Origin: a virus
Lineage: Duplodnaviria > Caudoviricetes
Direction: 5' to 3' (one strand)
Virus record (IMG/VR): IMGVR_UViG_3300009082_000959
DNA: 64,000 bases
Shown here one piece after another: positions 39,646 through 48,591 of the stretch; positions within the stretch are counted from its first letter, which is position 1, and each line of letters begins with the position of its first letter. The notes beneath the pieces were generated by a model that saw only the letters and a program-made list of their open reading frames with translations, had not been told where the DNA came from and did no database searches. The position numbers and the translations under genes are program-made.

Positions 39646-40927
39646 CGACGAGATACTAAACAAATTGGCTGGTATTCTGAGTGTTGCCATAGAACCGCCA
39701 CCAGAAGAAGAGGAATTTATAGAAGTAGAGCCGGAACAAATAATTGGTCCTGCTGACGAAGAATCCAATCAAAAAACAATCGACATCACAGAAGATGAAA
39801 AGAGCATAAAAGTTCCACTAGATGACCTTTCTTGGTCAGACCCAAGAGCTGGGTCACCTGATTGGGTTGCAAGTAATCATCCCTATGTTTATTTGCGTGG
39901 CACTGGAGCACAATATCTTGGCTATTTAAATCCAGCCAATTCAAAAACATCTGATCAATTAGTTAAGCAAGTCTTGAATAAAAACCCCGAACTGTATTAT
40001 GAGTGGGAAATAGATAAGGCCGAACCAAAGGCCGGCCAAGACGCAGCTAGTTGGAAAAAAACAGCATTGGATAATTTGATTAAATCAAATCCGCAATATG
40101 CTTTAATTTTGGGTGTTTTCCAGGATAGATTACAGGACACGCAACTTGATAAAGAAATGCTTGGGAATTTATTTAAGAATGCAATTGCAAGCGAAAGCAA
40201 GAACTATTCGAATATTTATGAGATGTTTCCAGGCGTATTGCACAACAGAATGCAGGAATTAGTTAAGACAATAAAATCATCGTATCCCGATTTATATGCT
40301 TCTCTTATTGCTGGGACAGAGTGGGAATATAGACTTGCCCCTGGAACGACTGCTCCAGAACAAAAAAACAAACTAAGCTCAAGAGAGCCAGCTAGAGGTT
40401 CATATGAGTGGATGGCCCAAAATTACCCACACACTTATTTGCGTGGACAAAATACAATGAAACATGGATTTATTCGCGAGAAACAGGATCCAAAAATCAT
40501 TCAACCGTTGATGGACACAATAGTTAAAGAAAATCCAGATAAATACTTTGCTTGGCATTTAAATCTGGTTGGTGGGCAGCCAAGAAAAAGGGATAGTAGC
40601 GCGATTAATTTCAAAGATTGGTTGCGTCCGGCGATATCTTCCATAGTTGATAAGAGCCCCTACGGCGCACTAGTGTATGATGTGACTAGGTTCAAGAATG
40701 AGTCTGCACCGTATCTGGAAAAATTATGGAATAATCTACAAAATATTGCAAATAATAGGTTTGAACAGGGTTTGGATCCATATCCTGGTCAAATAGCTGG
40801 CAGTATGAGGAAATTGGCCGGAAGAATGGCAGTAGTTCGACCTGATTTATATATTCAGCATGTAATTGGAACACGATTTGAGGACAAGGATTTCACAGAT
40901 CGCGCTAAACAAAACTTGAAACAATAG
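39632..40927 (+). CDS. Hypothetical helical-repeat protein with two divergent ~160-aa halves
   Basis: WVASNHPYVYLRG...NKNPELYY versus WMAQNYPHTYLRG...KENPDKYF. Confidence 0.75.
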   Translation: MMITSDEILNKLAGILSVAIEPPPEEEEFIEVEPEQIIGPADEESNQKTIDITEDEKSIKVPLDDLSWSDPRAGSPDWVASNHPYVYLRGTGAQYLGYLNPANSKTSDQLVKQVLNKNPELYYEWEIDKAEPKAGQDAASWKKTALDNLIKSNPQYALILGVFQDRLQDTQLDKEMLGNLFKNAIASESKNYSNIYEMFPGVLHNRMQELVKTIKSSYPDLYASLIAGTEWEYRLAPGTTAPEQKNKLSSREPARGSYEWMAQNYPHTYLRGQNTMKHGFIREKQDPKIIQPLMDTIVKENPDKYFAWHLNLVGGQPRKRDSSAINFKDWLRPAISSIVDKSPYGALVYDVTRFKNESAPYLEKLWNNLQNIANNRFEQGLDPYPGQIAGSMRKLAGRMAVVRPDLYIQHVIGTRFEDKDFTDRAKQNLKQ

Positions 40928-40937
40928 GAGAATAAAA

Positions 40938-41420
40938 ATGTCACAGTCTGGAGAAGAGATGATTGCGGGACTTTCGAAACTTTTGGACAGTAAAGTGGTA
41001 ACAAAAACAGCTTCTACAAAGGTAGAAACACAGAAAGTTCCCAAAAAGAAGGCAAACGTAATAAGCATATTGAAAGAACTTTCTAAATTAGCATCAACAC
41101 TTGATGAGTCTGGAGCATGGGTTGCTGCTCAACTGGTTGATGATTCTATAACCGCGATTTCATCGAACATGGACGAAGACGAAGATCCCACAGAGATTTT
41201 TGAGGAAGAACTACCAGTCAGTGGTAACGAAGAAGGAATGGGGTCTAGGATGGAACGCACCTTACAGGATGATGGCCAGCCGCCACAAGAAATGACTCCA
41301 GAAGGACTTGGAATGAGTGATTTCAATGAAGCCGGTGGGACGGTGCATGAAGACAAAATGGACGCACTATTCCGCGATCCAGCTTTCCGCGCAAAAGTAA
41401 AAGAATTTTTGGGCCAATAA
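40938..41420 (+). CDS. Hairpin-tag protein
   Basis: AGGAG SD; VTKTAS motif; LSKLASTLDESGAWVAAQLVDD. Confidence 0.75.
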   Translation: MSQSGEEMIAGLSKLLDSKVVTKTASTKVETQKVPKKKANVISILKELSKLASTLDESGAWVAAQLVDDSITAISSNMDEDEDPTEIFEEELPVSGNEEGMGSRMERTLQDDGQPPQEMTPEGLGMSDFNEAGGTVHEDKMDALFRDPAFRAKVKEFLGQ

Positions 41421-41435
41421 TCAAGGAGAAGTAAG

Positions 41436-42128
41436 TTGCTTAAACTTATTCAAATCGGACAGTCATTACCTGTTAGTTTCCCAGTAGACCCAACTGCGCA
41501 GTTTCAGCCAGGACAAATTGCGCAACTTAAAGTTCTTGGAAACGAAGTTGTGTGCGGTGTTTCTGATGGAACTGCTCCATTTGGAATTATAGATGAAATA
41601 AATACATCTGCTTTTACTGCCCCAGTGAGAGATGAGGTTGTCGTAATATCCACCGTTGGAATGAATGATGGATACGGAAGATATGTGTCTATCATAGAGT
41701 CTATGAAAAATTTGAGATTTTCCAACATAGTTAGAAGTAGTTTTAGTTGCGATGTAGAGGGCTTAATACTAAATGATGTGAATGGTTTGGTTATTGCGCC
41801 AGCAGGAACACCACTTAATTATGACTACGATGGTGATGGGGTTCTCGATTCAATTAGGGTTATTTGCACATATATTTATAGGATAGCCAATATACCAGGA
41901 GACAACACAACGATAGGTAGCGGAAGAATGACAATCTGGTTTCAGAGAGGTATATTTGAAACCGATCAATATGACACACGGGCAGCATATGTCGTTGGTG
42001 CAGTTTTGTTTTGTAATGCAGAAGGATATCTAACCACTAATCAATTAACACCACAACATCCTGGTTTTGCTATGGTAACTGGACCCCCAACAGGTCTTAA
42101 TAATACATTAGAATTTTTGTTTTACTAG
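41436..42128 (+). CDS. Probable capsid decoration/cement protein (paralog A)
   Basis: TTG start with AAGGAG SD; beta-rich, GSGRMTIW...GIFETDQYD; shares a motif with 50393..51082. Confidence 0.5.
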   Translation: MLKLIQIGQSLPVSFPVDPTAQFQPGQIAQLKVLGNEVVCGVSDGTAPFGIIDEINTSAFTAPVRDEVVVISTVGMNDGYGRYVSIIESMKNLRFSNIVRSSFSCDVEGLILNDVNGLVIAPAGTPLNYDYDGDGVLDSIRVICTYIYRIANIPGDNTTIGSGRMTIWFQRGIFETDQYDTRAAYVVGAVLFCNAEGYLTTNQLTPQHPGFAMVTGPPTGLNNTLEFLFY

Positions 42129-42138
42129 TGGATTTATT

Positions 42139-42870
42139 ATGATTTTTAAAATTTGTCCTCATTGTGGCGTCCAAAAAGACGAAAATGAATTTGGAAAAAA
42201 TAAAAACAGACGTGATGGCCTACAAGGTTATTGTAAAATTTGTAGAAAGCAACAGTATGAGGAAAATAAAGAAGAAATTTTAGAATGTAATAGAAAATTC
42301 TATGAAGAAAATAAAGAAATGATTTCCGCAAGAAACAAAGATTGGCGCGCAAAAAATCCAGAAAAAGTTAAAGCAAGAAAAAAACATTATCGCGAAACAA
42401 ATAAAGAAAAAATTGCTGTGGGAAACAGATGCTATCGCACAGAGAACGCAGAAAAAATTAAAACACACTATAAATCATATTACGAACAAAATACAGATAT
42501 GCTTAAAACAAAAAGCAGTCTATACAAAAAAACACATCCAGAAAAGATACGCGAACAAACAAGAAAACGACGCGCCATGAAACGATCAGTTAATGAAAAT
42601 TTTACCGCACAAGATGAGCTACTTGTTTTTGAAGTTTTTGGCAATCGGTGTGCGAATTGTGGTTCGATAGAAAATTTATGTATTGATCATTTTTACCCCC
42701 TTTCGGCTGGAAACGCCTTAACTATCAATAATGCGTGTTTATTATGTGGCCATTGTAATTGTTCCAAACGAAATAGTGATCCAAAATGTTTCTTTACCGC
42801 AGATAAATATAATGAAATTACACAACTAATGTCAAAAGCGATAGAACTCAATTGGAGACAAAATGTTTGA
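42139..42870 (+). mobile_element. HNH endonuclease (classical CxxC-HNH type)
   Basis: CANCGS...IDHFYPLSAG...NACLLCGHCNCSK. Confidence 0.85.
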
Positions 42871-43297
42871 ATTTGATGATGGGCTTTTGTTTAAATCAAT
42901 AGCTTCGTTGATTAGTGACGAAGCAAGTCGCATCGTGTCACTTGGGCTAGCCTGTCACGCAGATATGAAAAATTGGCTGGACCACTCAATTGGCGATTTG
43001 AACCAACACGATAGGGACACTGCACTAGGTGAATTAGCAGAAACGCATAAGACTCTTTCTGCAATTTGGCTTCCCGGCGACTTTGAAAAAATAGCAATAG
43101 TAGAAGAAGAAGAAAAAATAGAAGAAGTTCCGGAAAAAACAAGTGAAACAAAAACGATTGTTGATAATAATATGTCAATAATTCGTTCAGGTCTTACTGG
43201 AATTGCATATAAACTTGGTAGTTCGGGCAACCATAAGGCGGCCTATCTGATCGAAAGAGCGTTATTTGATATAGAAAATATTATTGACCGTAAATAA
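42863..43297 (+). CDS. Hypothetical protein with a degenerate hairpin tag
   Basis: LTGIAYKLGSSGNHKAAYLIERAL; EKIA motif. Confidence 0.65.
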   Translation: MFEFDDGLLFKSIASLISDEASRIVSLGLACHADMKNWLDHSIGDLNQHDRDTALGELAETHKTLSAIWLPGDFEKIAIVEEEEKIEEVPEKTSETKTIVDNNMSIIRSGLTGIAYKLGSSGNHKAAYLIERALFDIENIIDRK

Positions 43298-43309
43298 TTG
43301 GAGACAACA

Positions 43310-45508
43310 ATGAAACACATAGGATTTAGCGAAAGCACTGTTATGGGAGAATACGCAAGAATAGCGAGTGAGCAAGGACTCATTAAGGTTGCTGATATTC
43401 AGTTTGGAGAGCCAGAGATAAAAACGGATACAAGGTGGTCTCCATCTATGTCTGTGGATGACTACACTGACTATGTTCTTAAAAATGTATTTAAACTAGA
43501 TACATCTGTTGCTCCAACAATTCAGTCGGCACAACTATTTCCACAATTATTGGTCAAATACGAACAGTATCTCCGCAGTGTTGTTTCTGCACAGGTTGGT
43601 GCGCTGTCTGGTAGAGAAGATCGCGCTGCCGCTCACAAATTTCATTCTGATGTAAGAAAGGCAATTGGCAATAAGGTATCAGAATGGTATAAACTTAATA
43701 AATTACCAGTAGCGCAGAGCGAAGTTTCTTTTATTGTCCCGGCTCAAAAATTATATTCAGCAATAGTTGAGGGCATTGCCCCAATTAGCCAAGAAGCAAA
43801 TGACGGTGGTGCAAACCCACTGACACCTCATATGCAACGTCTTAACAGTACATTTGCAAATCTTATGAAGCAGTATGGTAACGATCAGGCAAAGGTGAGA
43901 CCACTATACAACAAAAAAGTTGATGAAATGATGAAATCATTAGAGAAATTTAAAAGTAATCCCGCCAATATACCTGTGCTAAAACAATTCGAGAGTTCTG
44001 CCAGACAAATTGGAATAGATGTAGACAAAAAGAAATCCAGCAAACTTGATATTGATTTATCCAAGCGAGCCAAGGGTAATTCTGGCGGAGTTTATGATGT
44101 TTCTGGCGAAACCGGAGAACAATTGATAGATTCTGCTCACCCAGGCAAAATGAGAACAGAACTAACCAGCAAAACCGATGAAAATTTGGTAGAAACAATC
44201 ATAGAACAGCAGGTTCGTGACATCGAAGTTGCAAACAGTATTCCAAAGGGAACATACGCTGCCCTAGTAAGTCTTGTCGCTAAACTCAATAAGATGGGGT
44301 ATTCAAAGCAGGCAGAACCGCTAAAGAAAATGATCGTTAAATTAAACGGCTTTAATATGGTGGATGTAGAACTTATATCTCTGGCTATGAAACTAAAAGA
44401 CGGTGGCCTTAAAAAAGAGGCAGTAAAAGTAATACGATTACTATCAAAAAAAGCACAGGGAACCCAGGAATCGGTTAATGAGACACTACCTAAGGTTTCC
44501 GGAAATCTATCAAGTCTAGTGTCTTCAATGAATGCCTTGGGACTTGGAAACAACCAGGAATTCGCAGGTATTTTAGATGAATTAAAGAGAGACCTTACTA
44601 ATATACAGAACATACAAGCTGTAGCAGCGATGGATAGAAAAACGGCAGATGGGGCTCAAAATTCACTTAAAGAGATATTAGCAAACCTCAATAAAGCACA
44701 ATCAGTAATTGTTGTTGCATCAAGGTCTGGCGAATTTACTGGTATGCCCGGTGATATAAGTAGTGTAAGCAAAAGTATAGGTTCCACAATTTCATCTGTT
44801 GTTGCTGCATCAGTGGCGGTTAGGTCATTTGCAGAGACCCTGCCGCAAGAAGTTGCACAGCCAACCGAACAAGAAAAGAAAAAGATACCGTTCATAAAGC
44901 AGTTGTTGTCTGAAGAGAAATTTGCCAATGAGTGGGGTAAGAGATTTAATGCACAATTAGAGGAAATAAGGGAAAAGAATGATGTCTCCGAACAGTATCT
45001 TCCTGATGAAATTAGTGCACTGCGAGCAAAAACCGATGGAAGTTGGGATGAGCTAAAACGAAGCCTAAGCAATATAGTTAAGGTATGGCGATCTAAAGGA
45101 AAGTGGAATGATTTTATTAAATACATAGATGATGTTATGAAGAATGTTAATATGGATTTTAAGGACAAGGACAGTCCCTCTGACACAGTTCCCGATGTAG
45201 AACAAGAAACAAAGATATCAGGTGACCGCAGCGCAGAGGATATTAGAAGATATAATCAAATGATTCATGATCGCGCATTGGAGCTAACAAAGTGGTCTTA
45301 TGCAAATTCCGCAAAATTAATCGGAGTTGATTTGAGGAATTCTGGCATTACCCCAGCACAAGCACGGCAATGGAGAGATAAACTATATGAAGACGCTTTT
45401 AGTTTCATAAGGGATGTGACGCCGTATGTGCTGGATGCTGCTGCAAGCCCGCTTCAAGACTTAAGACAAGATTTTACTGATTTTGTTAAAGAGAAATATA
45501 AGAAATAA
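43310..45508 (+). CDS. Large probable internal virion protein with LSKRA/LSKKA sites and degenerate tags
   Basis: GGAG SD before ATG 43310; IKVAD, LSKRA (44057), LSKKA (44441); AHP...LVE...EQQ block shared with 47960..48541. Confidence 0.75.
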   Translation: MKHIGFSESTVMGEYARIASEQGLIKVADIQFGEPEIKTDTRWSPSMSVDDYTDYVLKNVFKLDTSVAPTIQSAQLFPQLLVKYEQYLRSVVSAQVGALSGREDRAAAHKFHSDVRKAIGNKVSEWYKLNKLPVAQSEVSFIVPAQKLYSAIVEGIAPISQEANDGGANPLTPHMQRLNSTFANLMKQYGNDQAKVRPLYNKKVDEMMKSLEKFKSNPANIPVLKQFESSARQIGIDVDKKKSSKLDIDLSKRAKGNSGGVYDVSGETGEQLIDSAHPGKMRTELTSKTDENLVETIIEQQVRDIEVANSIPKGTYAALVSLVAKLNKMGYSKQAEPLKKMIVKLNGFNMVDVELISLAMKLKDGGLKKEAVKVIRLLSKKAQGTQESVNETLPKVSGNLSSLVSSMNALGLGNNQEFAGILDELKRDLTNIQNIQAVAAMDRKTADGAQNSLKEILANLNKAQSVIVVASRSGEFTGMPGDISSVSKSIGSTISSVVAASVAVRSFAETLPQEVAQPTEQEKKKIPFIKQLLSEEKFANEWGKRFNAQLEEIREKNDVSEQYLPDEISALRAKTDGSWDELKRSLSNIVKVWRSKGKWNDFIKYIDDVMKNVNMDFKDKDSPSDTVPDVEQETKISGDRSAEDIRRYNQMIHDRALELTKWSYANSAKLIGVDLRNSGITPAQARQWRDKLYEDAFSFIRDVTPYVLDAAASPLQDLRQDFTDFVKEKYKK

Positions 45509-45526
45509 TTAAACTAGGATTATATT

Positions 45527-47332
45527 ATGCAAAAAATTTCTTGGACCTGGCGAGATATAGTTACGGAGCTTGGAGTTGGGGCCGTCACTGACCTGGCAAT
45601 TGCTGGCGGTGCCGCAGCTCTTGGTCTTGGCACTGGTCCAATAGGATGGACTCTATTGGCTGGAGCAGGAATTACAGCGGCAGTTTGGTATTTTACGCGC
45701 CAAATGGACGACAACTTACCAGACCTCATAGATAGACTTGAAGACCTTGATCCAAAACCAGAGTATGAACTCAAAATAAATAATTGGATTGACACACTAA
45801 AATCAATACTGCCCACAATTTCTGCTCCACCAACCACTACTGATGTTGCACAAAGAGGACAACTCAATGCTCAACAGTATGTTGCTATGAGAAATTTGCT
45901 TGCTTATATGGAGCAATTAGAGAAAGAGTGGAGAACAGATGTATATCCAAATGGACTTACGGATATCGTTTTTGATGCAGGTCAGGTAAATTATACTATA
46001 TCTGAAACCCTAAATGCTATAAAGACTTCTATCACAAAAATGCGTGAAGCTGCAAAACAAGATGCTGACACACTATTGAACCAAATTAAAGAAAAATCAA
46101 AGATTGATTACAAGCAATTATCCACAGATATAGTTGGTTTATATGACCAATTGACCAGTTTATATGGAAAGGCACCAGAGTGGGAAACAAATGAAAGAAA
46201 TTTGGAGGCAGCTTTTAATTTTGCAAAAAATATAGTTGGCCGAGGCGAGGAATTCAAAGCATTCACACAGCAGGATTTGACTGCTATGTTGCCCCTGATG
46301 AATAAAGTTAAGGAATTGTTTTCTCGTGCCCTACAAGCAAAACAACCTGCTCAAAAAACATCATCTCACCAGGCTTTATCTAAACGGGCACTTATATTGG
46401 GTGATGGTAGTCGTATTTCAGACACAGAATCTCCAATTCCACATGGCCAGTTAAGGCAGGCACCACTTACCTCAAAATCTCCAACTGTGGCAAAATTACA
46501 AATGGCGCTTAATGTAATAAACGAAAAGATTGGCAGTCCAACAAAATGCATAGTTGATGGGCTGTATGGAAAACAAACAGCCGGCGCAGTTGTTGAGTTA
46601 ATGGGAAAAAGCAAAGCAGTTGCAGATATGGTTGCACCTCTTGATGCAGAACAAATATCTAATGTCTCCGCCATGAATCAAAATCCAGGCAATATAAAAG
46701 ATTTGTTTGACGCGTTTTATTCAATTGCCCTACAATTAAAAGAGAGCGGCGGTAAAGGCACAGAGCAACCAGCAGCACAGTGTAATCCAGAAAAATTCAA
46801 TCCAACTCCGGCAGAAATGTTGGCTTGTTTAAAGGAAGAATTGCAAGTAGAGGAACCAAATACTGGTAAAAGAATGTATGCCTATGATTGGATGAGAAGT
46901 CTTGGTGTAAGTGATTCCACAATGATTTCTTGGGTCACGAGTTTATTTCCGCCAAGTGATTATAGACCAAAGGACTGGTCTCCTTCGGTTTTGGTATCTC
47001 ACGTAAAATCAGAGTTTGCTAGGGCTCAAAAAAACAAAAACCCAACACAATTGGGAAATATATCAATACCAAAGGATGATAATAGCCTAATAAGATATAT
47101 GAAAAATTATTTTGAAGTAATAGACCCACCAACCAATGAAAAAATGGGAGTATATTTCTGGCTACAAGGAAAAGGATTGGATAAATACATATCATTAAAA
47201 ATGATGAATGATTTCATAAACAAACAACAAGGTGGCCAGAGAATTTGGAACACAGCAACAACTCCAAGACAATTCACCTCTTTTGTTGAATCACTTATGG
47301 GAGGCCGAGAAGGTGCAGCACGTATTATCTAA
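45527..47332 (+). CDS. Probable internal virion/ejection protein with glycine-rich hydrophobic N-terminus and PG-binding-like motif
   Basis: LGVGAVTDLAIAGGAAALGLGTGPIGWTLLAGAG; LSKRA at 46376; LQMALN...IVDGLYGKQT. Confidence 0.7.
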   Translation: MQKISWTWRDIVTELGVGAVTDLAIAGGAAALGLGTGPIGWTLLAGAGITAAVWYFTRQMDDNLPDLIDRLEDLDPKPEYELKINNWIDTLKSILPTISAPPTTTDVAQRGQLNAQQYVAMRNLLAYMEQLEKEWRTDVYPNGLTDIVFDAGQVNYTISETLNAIKTSITKMREAAKQDADTLLNQIKEKSKIDYKQLSTDIVGLYDQLTSLYGKAPEWETNERNLEAAFNFAKNIVGRGEEFKAFTQQDLTAMLPLMNKVKELFSRALQAKQPAQKTSSHQALSKRALILGDGSRISDTESPIPHGQLRQAPLTSKSPTVAKLQMALNVINEKIGSPTKCIVDGLYGKQTAGAVVELMGKSKAVADMVAPLDAEQISNVSAMNQNPGNIKDLFDAFYSIALQLKESGGKGTEQPAAQCNPEKFNPTPAEMLACLKEELQVEEPNTGKRMYAYDWMRSLGVSDSTMISWVTSLFPPSDYRPKDWSPSVLVSHVKSEFARAQKNKNPTQLGNISIPKDDNSLIRYMKNYFEVIDPPTNEKMGVYFWLQGKGLDKYISLKMMNDFINKQQGGQRIWNTATTPRQFTSFVESLMGGREGAARII

Positions 47333-47963
47333 ACGAGCCTTTGAAATAGAGGATTTATGGCAACAGATTAGTTCTGTTTGGCACACTAACGAGGGTTTTT
47401 GTGAAAATCTGTTTAGGATTTCATCATACCTTTTGCCATTTGTTCCTGGTTTGGGGTGGAGTGTTTTTATACTTGAAAAAATTGCTGCGTTTTTTGGATT
47501 TGGTTTAGCAGACTTGGGTGCAGCAATTGATAGGTTTGCTGGGTGGGAACCTAGTAATAATTTAAACATTGGTCAGAGCGAGTTTTCTTCTGTTTTGGTA
47601 GATTTCATAACCACTCAATCTAAATCTGTAAATGCTTCTAAAAACCTAGAGCAAATAACAAAAACTGCTTGGTTTGGTGGTCTAATAAAACTAATCCAAT
47701 TATTGCCAAGAGCAATTGTTCCACTAACGAATGCAGTCAAGTTTATGCTACTGACATTTGGATTTTCAAAGGTTGGTGAAATATATTCTGCCGTAAGTGG
47801 AACAACAAAGGCCCCGGGTGCCTTGATGTTGGAAAACTCAAAACCCCAAAAAACAGAATTGCTATCAGAAGAGAACATTAGTGCGTTTAAAGACCTTATA
47901 TCAAACCCACTCAATGTTGTAAAACCACTAACAGACCTATATAAAGTAATGGAGACAAAATGA
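47313..47963 (+). CDS. Hydrophobic probable virion protein with a short LSKRA leader
   Basis: GGGAGG SD 8 nt before GTG 47313 gives MQHVLSKRA|F; internal ITKTAW; hydrophobic segments. Confidence 0.65.
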   Translation: MQHVLSKRAFEIEDLWQQISSVWHTNEGFCENLFRISSYLLPFVPGLGWSVFILEKIAAFFGFGLADLGAAIDRFAGWEPSNNLNIGQSEFSSVLVDFITTQSKSVNASKNLEQITKTAWFGGLIKLIQLLPRAIVPLTNAVKFMLLTFGFSKVGEIYSAVSGTTKAPGALMLENSKPQKTELLSEENISAFKDLISNPLNVVKPLTDLYKVMETK

Positions 47964-48541
47964 GTATTACTAAAAACGAAATCATGGATGAATTTTTCAG
48001 ATTAGCAAAAGAACAGGGATTCGCTGATGAAGTTGAACCAAATCCTTATCAAGAGGACGAAAAGGTTATACGTGAAAAGAGAGTTAAAACTCCTGAAAAA
48101 AATATCATAGAAGAAGCTCATCCGGAACCAATTTATGTTGCAGAGGCTTTTGGAGATGGTGGTTTGGTTGAAAATCAAGTTGAACAGCAAAAGAAATTAA
48201 TTGATATGATAAATAAAATGCCAACAGGTAATCTCACTGCTCATTATGCATCAACCGCAATAGAGTTGCTTAAAATTGCCAACAAATGCGATGACTTGGG
48301 ACACACAAAGGCTGCTGATTTAATTACCACTGCGGCAGAAAACTTACTTGAAATGGCTGAAAAAAATGATCTTGGATTTGAATGCCCTGGGTGTGAGAAA
48401 CCAGAAGACCAATGCACTTGCGACAAATCAAATGATGCTGAGTATTGTGATAAGTGCGACCGAAGTATGGAAAATTGCATTTGCGATAAAGAATCAGGCA
48501 ACGAGAAAGCCTTCCCTTTTACCAAGGCTCCTATCGTTTAA
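47960..48541 (+). CDS. Hairpin-tag protein with Cys-rich C-terminus; 0-frame partner of a candidate -1 frameshift
   Basis: LLKIANKCDDLGHTKAADLI; CPGC..CTC..CDKC..CIC; ends F-P-F over C CCT TTT. Confidence 0.75.
   Translation: MSITKNEIMDEFFRLAKEQGFADEVEPNPYQEDEKVIREKRVKTPEKNIIEEAHPEPIYVAEAFGDGGLVENQVEQQKKLIDMINKMPTGNLTAHYASTAIELLKIANKCDDLGHTKAADLITTAAENLLEMAEKNDLGFECPGCEKPEDQCTCDKSNDAEYCDKCDRSMENCICDKESGNEKAFPFTKAPIV
48514..48520 (+). promoter_or_regulatory. Candidate -1 ribosomal frameshift heptamer C CCT TTT
   Basis: Perfect X XXY YYZ in the frame of ORF 47960; the -1 frame is open from 48490 to 50283. Confidence 0.6.
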
Positions 48542-48591
48542 GCGCTAGGGTAAGTCCGCTATTAAAGAAAGCCTGGATAGGAAGTGCTATT

